Source: a virus (Duplodnaviria; Caudoviricetes). Taken from it: DNA of 41,315 bases. Location of the stretch: the IMG/VR virus record IMGVR_UViG_3300027707_000037, positions 1 through 41,315 of that record; one strand, written 5' to 3'. This document shows positions 20,066-27,392 of the stretch, in pieces. The position numbers and the translations under genes were made by a program. The first letter of the stretch is position 1. Each line of letters starts with the position of its first letter. The notes under the pieces were generated by a model. The model made no database searches. It saw only the letters and a program-made list of their open reading frames with translations, and was not told the DNA's origin.

Positions 20066-20347
20066 TTAATAATCATCCTTCTTTTTTCTGCCTATCAAAC
20101 CTTTTATACCGCCTAATAAATCTTTTACTCCTGTAGCACTTCCAACTAAATCCCCTACAACATTAGTAATATCTTTTACTTTTTTACGTCTTTCATCCCC
20201 TAATGTTCCTGCTTGGGCAGCTTCAATATTATGTTTTCTTTTTGCATCTCTCATTTCCTTCCTGTAATCTTTTCTGCTCATAAGAGAATCACTTGGTGGG
20301 TCGGGCGTTGGCGATAATGGATAATCACGTCCTGTTTGTTTTTGCAT
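20066..20347 (-). CDS. Small basic protein with RDYPLSPT leader
   Basis: 93 aa; first gene of the cluster. Confidence 0.6.
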   Translation of the reverse strand: MQKQTGRDYPLSPTPDPPSDSLMSRKDYRKEMRDAKRKHNIEAAQAGTLGDERRKKVKDITNVVGDLVGSATGVKDLLGGIKGLIGRKKKDDY

Positions 20348-20375
20348 TTTTGTCTTTTTTAATATAAATTAATAA

Positions 20376-20394
20376 TAACTTTGTAACAAAGATA
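20376..20394. promoter_or_regulatory. Overlapping opposite-facing Bacteroidota -7 elements
   Basis: TAACTTTG on + at 20376-20383 and TATCTTTG on - at 20387-20394. Confidence 0.6.
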
Positions 20395-20408
20395 ATAAAT
20401 TAAATCAA

Positions 20409-20852
20409 ATGAAATTAAAAGTAAATGATTACCTCAAGTTTTGGAGGGTAATAAGATATTTCTATAAAATAAAATATGGTCTCAATCAAGCTGACCTCGA
20501 TATGCTTTTATTTCTTTACTCCGAATCATACTTCAGCAAAGATAAGTTTATTGAGTTTGACGAACTCCTTTCTTGGGACGAACACCGATTTGACCGATTA
20601 CTTCGTGATGGTTGGATTCAAGTGTTCCGTAAGCGTATGGGAGCACGTAAAGCATTATACGACATCTCGTATAAAGGAACACGTATGGTTACTGAAATAT
20701 ATAAAAAACTAAATGGGGAAGAAATCCCCGTCAGTTCATCACATAACCCTATGTTCAAAAAAAATGTCTCATATGCTGATAAGGTTTATCGCAATATGAT
20801 TATAGAAATGAATACCACTATTCGACAATCACGACATCAGACTCCCGAATAA
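20409..20852 (+). CDS. Putative winged-helix DNA-binding protein
   Basis: YGLNQADLDMLLFLY...FDRLLRDGWIQV...LYDISYKG resembles a MarR-like wHTH; the only credible plus-strand gene in the left arm. Confidence 0.55.
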   Translation: MKLKVNDYLKFWRVIRYFYKIKYGLNQADLDMLLFLYSESYFSKDKFIEFDELLSWDEHRFDRLLRDGWIQVFRKRMGARKALYDISYKGTRMVTEIYKKLNGEEIPVSSSHNPMFKKNVSYADKVYRNMIIEMNTTIRQSRHQTPE

Positions 20853-21081
20853 TAGTAACCTGCTCATCTTTGATAAGCATAGTATAGCTATGACCTTTGT
20901 CATAGTAAACCACATCATCCTTATGAATTGCAGTAACGTCTGTTCCTGAAGCAATAACCAATCCTTTCTTATATCGTAGCTGATTGGTATCCTCTCCTGA
21001 CAGTATTAACCCTGATTGAGTTTTTATCTCCTCATCAATGTTTTTAATCGCAATGTATTTTCCTATTGGTTTTAATGCCAT
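20818..21081 (-). CDS. groES: Co-chaperonin GroES
   Basis: LKPIGKYI, mobile loop KTQSGLIL, GLVIASG, IIRESDVV. Confidence 0.9.
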   Translation of the reverse strand: MALKPIGKYIAIKNIDEEIKTQSGLILSGEDTNQLRYKKGLVIASGTDVTAIHKDDVVYYDKGHSYTMLIKDEQVTIIRESDVVIVE

Positions 21082-21674
21082 TTGTATTTGAATTTTACTT
21101 TTTTATTTAATATTTTACTATTTACACTCTTAGACCTTCCTTTTAAGTGATTTGATATTGACGATTCTAAACATCCTATTTTTTTTGCCGACTCCTTTCC
21201 TGAAGAAAAATTAGCAATAAATTTAGAAGTAAAATAGTCATAACAAGAAATAGGTCTAAGCATATTTTTTATATGCTCTTTTGATTTAACCTTCCCTTTA
21301 AGTGCTAAAGATATTTTATTTCTCCACTCTTTTGTTTTTATAACAGATTTTAAAGCCTTAATTTTTTTCTTTACAATCTCATTATTTAACATCTCTGTCG
21401 AGATTCCTCCTCTTGTTTGATTAATAAGCTGACCATTCTTTAAATCTATTCTTCCGTACTTAGCAATTAGTTTTATCTCTAATTCAAATGCTTGCTCTTT
21501 GGTCAACCCATCTTTATATATTTCAACTACACACCCATATTTTTTCACTACACCCCTCCACCACTTAGGTCTATGTTTACAATACGCTCTTTTTAAATCC
21601 CCCATACCTACATAGAAGACAGAATTGTCCGTTTTCTTTTTATGTAGATATACGACTTTATTTTTTATTTCCAA
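21072..21674 (-). CDS. Free-standing GIY-YIG homing endonuclease with NUMOD3/NUMOD1-like DNA-binding repeats
   Basis: VVYLH...FYVGMG, ELEIKLI, LINQTRGG, KGKVKSKEH, FSSGKESAKKIG...ISNHLKG. Confidence 0.8.
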   Translation of the reverse strand: MEIKNKVVYLHKKKTDNSVFYVGMGDLKRAYCKHRPKWWRGVVKKYGCVVEIYKDGLTKEQAFELEIKLIAKYGRIDLKNGQLINQTRGGISTEMLNNEIVKKKIKALKSVIKTKEWRNKISLALKGKVKSKEHIKNMLRPISCYDYFTSKFIANFSSGKESAKKIGCLESSISNHLKGRSKSVNSKILNKKVKFKYKWH

Positions 21675-22183
21675 TGATTATTATAGGTTTCCCACCAAAA
21701 AGTAAGGTCCTGAATGTTATTGTCATAATACTCCCCTACATAATCTGAGTTATAAAGAGACCCTGTATTCTCAAACATTGCTACAGTATAAATGTCAACA
21801 ATATCTCTGTCCCTTAAATACTTATCTAAAAAAGTATAGTTGCCACCTTTTATAACCCCTGCCTCAACTAACAGCACCTTCTTTTTGTTCCATAACTTAT
21901 ACCCATAAATAGCCATAACACTATTCAGTTCACTTATATATTTCTCATCCCAATGCTCATCAGGATAAGGTACATCTACTCCAAACCCATCACAAATCTC
22001 TCCATTTGAACTAAGTAAATGCCTTAGAGCCTGACCTATTACAGATGAATAGTCTGTAGAGACTGTTATGATAACTGTATTGTCAGCATTAAACCCATCC
22101 CTAATTAACTCAAAAGCTATCTTGTCTATCAAGAACTGCTCGTCATTAAACGAGACATCTAAACTTTCTTTATTGTTGCTCAT
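21665..22183 (-). CDS. Phosphoribosyltransferase (type I)-like protein
   Basis: KKVLLVEAGVIKGGNY resembles the PRPP-binding loop; DYVGEY near the C-terminus. Confidence 0.5.
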   Translation of the reverse strand: MSNNKESLDVSFNDEQFLIDKIAFELIRDGFNADNTVIITVSTDYSSVIGQALRHLLSSNGEICDGFGVDVPYPDEHWDEKYISELNSVMAIYGYKLWNKKKVLLVEAGVIKGGNYTFLDKYLRDRDIVDIYTVAMFENTGSLYNSDYVGEYYDNNIQDLTFWWETYNNHWK

Positions 22184-23786
22184 AACTACGTACTATTGTA
22201 ATGATTGCATTAGTGCTTAAAATTGTTACAGCTACACTGACAGCATTTTGTAATGCACATCTTGTAACTTTTAATGGGTCAATAACGCCCATCTTTATTA
22301 AGTCTCCCTTCTCTGCTGTCTTTACATTGTACCCATATCCATTCTCAATTTGACCACTGTATATGTCTGAGACATTTAAGCCCGCATTTAACAGTATCTG
22401 TATCATTGGTACGACAAGTGCATCCTTTATGATTTGAGTTGCAGCATAAAGTTCCCCACTATCTGATACGTCAGGAAATAGTTCTGCACTAATCTCAGCT
22501 AACGCCTTGCCTGCTCCCGGAAGTATACCCTCCTCTAATGCTGACCTTACTGCACACACCGCATCATCTACTCTATCAAACAACTCCTTCTGCTCCAAGT
22601 CAGTATTCCCTCCAACAAATATTACACCTATACCTCCTGTCAATGATGCAATACGCTCCAACAAAAAGTCTTTGTCGTTCTTTCTCTTTGATTGAGCGTG
22701 AGCGTCCCACAATTGTTTTACTCTATCGTCTACTGCCGTTTGGTCTAACTTCAAGTCAGACTTTATGATAACAGTCTTGTCTTTGCTCACAATTACTTTT
22801 GATGCGTGACCAAGGTCGCCATAATTGATATGACTCAAATCGTCCCCTGTCTTCTCACTAAAATATGTCGCCCCAACACTGATAGCAATATCTTGCATAA
22901 TCTCGTGCTGCTTGTACCCAAAGTTTGGCGGAGCCACAATGCATATTTTTAAATTTCCTTTTACAACATTCGCTGCCAAAGTATTAATAACATTCGTATT
23001 ACACGGAGAGATGATTAACAACTTCTTGCCTTCACTAATGATTGGTTTCAACACATTCTCTAACTGCAAAACATTTGCAATCTCCATATCAGCAACCAAT
23101 ACCATAGTGTCCTCAAAGACACACTCGTCCTTCTTCGCATCGTTGATAAACATCGGGCTCATATAACCCCTGTCAAACTTCAACCCCATTGTTGTCTCGG
23201 CATACGTCTCAGCGTTCTGACTCTTCTCAACAGTAACAATACCATTCTTCCCCACGTCCTTATAAACCTCAGCAATAATACGTCCCGTCTCCCTATCGTT
23301 ATTTGCCGATAGACTCGCTACATCAACCAACATCGTACTCGTAACCTTCTTTGATTTCTTACGCAACTTGTCCACCACCTTTCCCGATATGTCCACCATA
23401 TGTCTCAACACCTCCGTACGATTATGGCTGTCCTTAATATGCTCTTGTGCTGAAAGTACCAAAGCCTCCGTTAAAACAATAGCTGTAGTAGTCCCATCCC
23501 CCGCAGCAGTAGCTGTCCTATCCGCAGCTTCCTTCATCATCTTAACCGCAAGGTTCTCTACAGGGTCTATTAAGTCTACCGACTTTGCAACAGTAACACC
23601 ATCCTTAGTAACAGTTATACCGTGAGTGTGATGAGGAGACTCAATCAATACCGTATTCCCCGATGGTCCCAAAGTACTCTTTACCGCACGTGACATTTTT
23701 AATACACCATCAATTAATTTCTTTCTGCCTGTTTGACCAAATTGTAGGTCCTTAGGAAGGTAACTTGTGTCTGTTTTGAAGTCCAT
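22170..23786 (-). CDS. groEL: Phage chaperonin GroEL
   Basis: TLGPSG, VTKDGVTVAK, AGDGTTTA, FDRGY, RSALEEGILPGAG, GVIDPLKV; no GGM tail. Confidence 0.95.
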   Translation of the reverse strand: MDFKTDTSYLPKDLQFGQTGRKKLIDGVLKMSRAVKSTLGPSGNTVLIESPHHTHGITVTKDGVTVAKSVDLIDPVENLAVKMMKEAADRTATAAGDGTTTAIVLTEALVLSAQEHIKDSHNRTEVLRHMVDISGKVVDKLRKKSKKVTSTMLVDVASLSANNDRETGRIIAEVYKDVGKNGIVTVEKSQNAETYAETTMGLKFDRGYMSPMFINDAKKDECVFEDTMVLVADMEIANVLQLENVLKPIISEGKKLLIISPCNTNVINTLAANVVKGNLKICIVAPPNFGYKQHEIMQDIAISVGATYFSEKTGDDLSHINYGDLGHASKVIVSKDKTVIIKSDLKLDQTAVDDRVKQLWDAHAQSKRKNDKDFLLERIASLTGGIGVIFVGGNTDLEQKELFDRVDDAVCAVRSALEEGILPGAGKALAEISAELFPDVSDSGELYAATQIIKDALVVPMIQILLNAGLNVSDIYSGQIENGYGYNVKTAEKGDLIKMGVIDPLKVTRCALQNAVSVAVTILSTNAIITIVRSYEQQ

Positions 23787-23810
23787 TTAATTAGATTTTA
23801 TTGTTCGGTG

Positions 23811-23818
23811 CAAAGATA
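23811..23818 (-). promoter_or_regulatory. Bacteroidota -7 element (TATCTTTG) for the groEL operon
   Basis: TAnnTTTG 25 nt upstream of the groEL ATG. Confidence 0.65.
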
Positions 23819-23845
23819 GTACAAAAAAACTTAGTTACTAATAAA

Positions 23846-24017
23846 ATGTCGATATGTCGAAAATAAAATTTCCCTACTCTCTCTCTCTCTCTCCTCCTTT
23901 ATATAATATTTTTCCCATAAACTTTTGACTTCTAAATCGACATTTTCGACATTACTATTGATTATTAATTAGTTATCTATCTAAAATCGACATAAAAACT
24001 AACATAAATAATGTCGA
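23846..24017. repeat. Iteron-like TCGACAT repeat cluster (copy 1)
   Basis: ATGTCGA at 23846, 23854, 24011; TCGACAT at 23937, 23946, 23987; (CT)n tract at about 23877-23893. Confidence 0.8.
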
Positions 24018-24087
24018 TATTGAAAAAAAAGACAAAAAAGAAGGGAAACTAAAAAGAATCCCTTAATTAAAGTACCTGTGTTAAGGA

Positions 24088-24321
24088 CTAATCACAAGAC
24101 TCTCCCATATCTTCCATACGGTTGCCAAGCATTATTGCCTCAGAATAAGTGGAAATCTTTTCAGCACGCCTAACCGATTTCTTTAATTGAGCAAGTTGCT
24201 GAATACCTGTTATCCCATCAGGACGATTATTAATTAACATACCATCCTTCTGAGTTAACCCGTAACCCGAACCCTCCTGCTGATAAATGCTGTTTGATAA
24301 ATCTGCTTTCTTACGTAACAT
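24088..24321 (-). CDS. Hypothetical protein (77 aa)
   Basis: Likely start MLRKKADLS at 24321, preceded by a -7 element TATCTTTG at 24348-24355. Confidence 0.6.
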   Translation of the reverse strand: MLRKKADLSNSIYQQEGSGYGLTQKDGMLINNRPDGITGIQQLAQLKKSVRRAEKISTYSEAIMLGNRMEDMGESCD

Positions 24322-24387
24322 AATTATGTGTTTTAAATTGTACGCAACAAAGATAATGTTTTTTTTATATCGAGATACCCGTAGTAT

Positions 24388-24670
24388 TGGGGTTATACCC
24401 CATAGCACGTTGTCGGACCGCCTACAGAAACCCGATAAAAAAAGATAGGGGGGGGTGCTAAATTGGTCGGCTTCCGTAGGATTTTTTGGGAAATGGTGCT
24501 ACCGCCTACCACCGCCACCGCCTACGGCACATTGGTAAGCATAGCCCCCGACCTTTGCCGTTTGGCGTTGGCTCCTCCTCCATCTTTTGTTGTTGTGTAC
24601 GCCTACCACCTGCATATTACTTGCAGCAATAAACGAACTAACGACAACGAATAAACGAAACGAAAAAAAG
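24388..24670. repeat. Non-coding strand-switch region with short repeats
   Basis: ACCGCCTAC at 24417, 24501, 24517 (variant at 24599), G8 at 24448-24455, AACGA repeats at about 24632-24664. Confidence 0.6.
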
Positions 24671-24936
24671 TTATTCATTTTGTCTTCAAAGACACTTTAA
24701 GGGAGGGGTTAACCTCCCCCTGTATGCTTTTTTAAAAAATAATTTTAGGGGAATTGTGAGCCTGAGAGCCTTGCCGTTGCTACGTTTGAGGAGTTATTAA
24801 CATAATTGATATTGAATTGTGGAAAAGATTAATTTGGAAATGTAAAAGTAATAAGCCTATATTGTGTAATAATTGAACGAGGAAACAACGAGTAATACAT
24901 ATTAAACTTTTTTTAAACATTTAAAAAACAAACAAA

Positions 24937-25566
24937 ATGACAAATTTACTAAGTATCGAAACTGCTTTTTTAAACAGGGCTGAAATTAAAACAGCCCTAC
25001 AGCTAACAGAGGTTAGAAGCCTACAACGTACGCTAAGCAATGGACAAAAGAAAAAATTTGACAGCACGTTACAATTATCTAAAATAGTATTGAGTGCTGC
25101 AACGTGGTTTAGTAGTGAGGAGGGCAAAGCAAAATGTAGTGAGGAGGGCATAACGTGGACGATGGAGGAGTTCGCTCAAAAAGTTTTCGGATGGAAGAAC
25201 AGCTACTTTTGTAAGGTGCGTAAAGCAGGAGCACTACAAGAAGAGGTAATTAATACTTTTAAAACTAAGTGTGAAGAGGTAGAGCAAGCAGGACAAGAGC
25301 CTAACAGAACTTTAGAGGGCTTATTAAAATTTGCAAAGCAGGTGGAGACAGAGAGCGAAGCAAGTGGAGAAGAAGGATGGGGAGAAGGAGAAGAGACTAC
25401 AGAGGCACAAGTAGAGGTAAGGACGGAAACAATTTTCACGCTAACTTATAAAACAGATGCAGGCAACGTATCAGTGAGAATAGATGCTGCAGGAGTGGTA
25501 AAAACCACTAATAGCATAACAGAAATTGAAAAAGCAATTTTATTCTTAATGTCACAAATACAATAA
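24937..25566 (+). CDS. First early gene, hypothetical protein with acidic linker
   Basis: 209 aa; EEFAQKVFGWKNSYFCK is HTH-like; Glu-rich segment ESEASGEEGWGEGEETTE. Confidence 0.65.
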   Translation: MTNLLSIETAFLNRAEIKTALQLTEVRSLQRTLSNGQKKKFDSTLQLSKIVLSAATWFSSEEGKAKCSEEGITWTMEEFAQKVFGWKNSYFCKVRKAGALQEEVINTFKTKCEEVEQAGQEPNRTLEGLLKFAKQVETESEASGEEGWGEGEETTEAQVEVRTETIFTLTYKTDAGNVSVRIDAAGVVKTTNSITEIEKAILFLMSQIQ

Positions 25567-25612
25567 TAATCTGTCTTTAAAGACACATTTTTAAACCACT
25601 AAAAAAAATAAT

Positions 25613-26545
25613 ATGAATACTACAGGAATAACTTACACAACTACAGGGACGAGAGAGAGAGGGATAGTTCAAAATTACCACGACTATCGTTTAATTAGAA
25701 CCTTAGCTCCTCTATCTTTAAATAAAACAAAGCATAAAGTTGATATTTTTGGGCTTAAAAAAAATGAGCAACGTAAAGTTATAAAATTTGACGGCTCCGA
25801 ATATGAATCAAAATTCACTATAGGGATGGAGGTGGAAAAAAACCAACTAAGTAGAGGAGCGGTAAAAGAATACGAATTATTTTGCAAATTAGAGAGAGAT
25901 GGGAGTTGTGGTTATGAGGCGGTAACGCATATTTTACCCTTATTACCGGCAGGAAAATGGAGGACAAAAGTTTTTGATATGATGCACAAGGCGGAGAAAA
26001 TTATAGATGACAGATTCAGCCCATCGGATAAGCGTTGTGGAGGACATATAACAATTGGTGTTGAGGGGATGACAGGGGATGAAATTAGAGAGGCAATGAG
26101 ATTAAATACAGGTATAATTCTAAGCCTATTTAGAAAACGCTTAAATACAAAGTATTGCGGTTCAAATAGAAGACTGCAGGGTATAGACGAGAGCGAAATT
26201 GATTCGTGGACAGGTTGTTATGAATACAGGAGCAATGAGATACACTGCAAATATCAAACTGCTTTAGTAAAACGTGACTGCTTAGAATTTAGGGTGCCAT
26301 CAAGATTCGAGAGCGTAAAACAAATGATGAGGAGATATGAATTGTTTTACGAGGTTATTAACTTTAGCATAAACAAACCTAATGGGAGTCACGAGTCACT
26401 TATGAAAATTGTCAAGCCTATAGTATTAAGTATGTATAATGGAGACGTTGATAAGTGTGAGGAGGTAATAAGACTAAGCAAGCACTTTAGAAAATTCATA
26501 TTAGATGGGACGTTGCATCAAGATATAACTGAGTTCCTCCAATAA
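25613..26545 (+). CDS. Amidoligase (COOH-NH2 ligase, glutamine synthetase/GCS-like fold)
   Basis: TIGMEVE, RDGSCGYEAVT, CGGHITIG, LEFR motifs of the Amidoligase_2 family. Confidence 0.8.
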   Translation: MNTTGITYTTTGTRERGIVQNYHDYRLIRTLAPLSLNKTKHKVDIFGLKKNEQRKVIKFDGSEYESKFTIGMEVEKNQLSRGAVKEYELFCKLERDGSCGYEAVTHILPLLPAGKWRTKVFDMMHKAEKIIDDRFSPSDKRCGGHITIGVEGMTGDEIREAMRLNTGIILSLFRKRLNTKYCGSNRRLQGIDESEIDSWTGCYEYRSNEIHCKYQTALVKRDCLEFRVPSRFESVKQMMRRYELFYEVINFSINKPNGSHESLMKIVKPIVLSMYNGDVDKCEEVIRLSKHFRKFILDGTLHQDITEFLQ

Positions 26546-26598
26546 GGAGGGGCTCAGTCCCTCAGGGTATGATAGTGTAAGAGGAGGGCAAGCAAACA

Positions 26599-26639
26599 GG
26601 TGCATAGGCAAACATCGTGGTTCGAGTCTACGAGCACCA
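26599..26639 (+). ncRNA. tRNA-like minihelix (acceptor stem + T-arm only)
   Basis: GGTGC...CGTGG-TTCGAGT-CTACG-A-GCACC-A; canonical T-loop, no D or anticodon arm. Confidence 0.45.
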
Positions 26640-26661
26640 CTAACCAATTAAAACAACAAAA

Positions 26662-26793
26662 ATGAAACAGACAAAAACAGCAATTTTCGTGGTAATTATT
26701 TTAGCAACAATTTTATCTTCTTGCAGAACAAGTGGGTATGGTTGCAAAGGCAATGAAAGTTGGGGCAAAATGGTAAGACGTATCAATTCTTAA
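26662..26793 (+). CDS. Small lipoprotein (43 aa)
   Basis: Translated by hand: MKQTKTAIFVVIILATILSS-C-RTSGYGCKGNESWGKMVRRINS; lipobox LSSC. Confidence 0.65.
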   Translation: MKQTKTAIFVVIILATILSSCRTSGYGCKGNESWGKMVRRINS

Positions 26794-26812
26794 TCTTTTA
26801 AATCAAATCAAA

Positions 26813-27028
26813 ATGAGCACAAAAATCGTAAATGGCTTCGTATGGTTATTAGTAACCAACAAAGCAAAAGAAATTTATCAATCAGGCAATTTTGACCTTT
26901 ATGTACTGCATAACGATGGTAGCGAGAGCCTTATTGAGTCGTATGCACAAATCAATGATGCACAAGAGTGCGGACTTGAAATTGGTATCGAGGTTGAACT
27001 ATTTAATAACTTAAAAAATCAATTATGA
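26813..27028 (+). CDS. Hypothetical early protein (paralogue of 30873..31205)
   Basis: GFVWLLVTNKAKEIYQSGNFDL. Confidence 0.65.
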   Translation: MSTKIVNGFVWLLVTNKAKEIYQSGNFDLYVLHNDGSESLIESYAQINDAQECGLEIGIEVELFNNLKNQL

Positions 27029-27120
27029 AACAATCAACAAAAGACCTAATCACAATCGCAATCATTTTAATCGTTGCCTTGTTAGGCGATAAAATTTATG
27101 AATCAATTTTTAATTTTTAA
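27025..27120 (+). CDS. Small TM peptide (31 aa)
   Basis: MKQSTKDLITIAIILIVALLGDKIYESIFNF; ATGA overlap with the upstream gene. Confidence 0.5.
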   Translation: MKQSTKDLITIAIILIVALLGDKIYESIFNF

Positions 27121-27125
27121 ACAAG

Positions 27126-27284
27126 ATGGAAGCAGAATATATATTCGAGATAAAGTATGGGAGTGAATTTTACTGCTATGTATCAGCCTGCACGAAGTGG
27201 CACGCCTTTGATAAAATATATTGGAGGATGGCTTTTGATATACCAAACATAGACAGGAGGAAGATAAAAGTAAACAAAAAATAA
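27126..27284 (+). CDS. Hypothetical 52-aa protein
   Basis: MEAEYIFEIKYGSEFYCYVSACTKWHAFDKIYW...; fills the gap on the coding strand. Confidence 0.5.
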   Translation: MEAEYIFEIKYGSEFYCYVSACTKWHAFDKIYWRMAFDIPNIDRRKIKVNKK

Positions 27285-27291
27285 AAATAAA

Positions 27292-27323
27292 TTTGGTAGT
27301 GTCGAAATATCGTTCTACCTTTG
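27292..27323 (+). promoter_or_regulatory. Full Bacteroidota sigma-A promoter
   Basis: TTTG (27292-27295), 20-nt spacer, TACCTTTG (27316-27323). Confidence 0.75.
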
Positions 27324-27392
27324 TTCATTATCAGTTCATTAACAGAGTTCTGTGTCTTTAAAGACACTGCTCACAAATCAAATCAAATCACT

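Noticed and set aside
21072-21674. Group I intron or intein around the GIY-YIG gene
   Set aside because: Both flanking genes appear intact and overlap it by 10 nt, leaving no room for ribozyme sequence.
197-23625. Many plus-strand ORFs in the left arm (e.g. 740..1117, 9245..9556, 16943..17323, 18968..19303, 22912..23166)
   Set aside because: Antisense shadows of well-supported minus-strand genes, with no motifs or leaders. Only 20409..20852 is retained.
24463-24654. 63-aa ORF in the switch region
   Set aside because: TTG start, product derives from low-complexity repeats, no A-rich leader.
26560-26646. Full tRNA gene
   Set aside because: No D-arm or anticodon arm can be folded; kept only as a minihelix-like element.
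27321-27392. Track start of the GATase ORF
   Set aside because: That TTG lies within the -7 promoter element; Ntn amidotransferases need Cys at position 2, giving ATG 27393.
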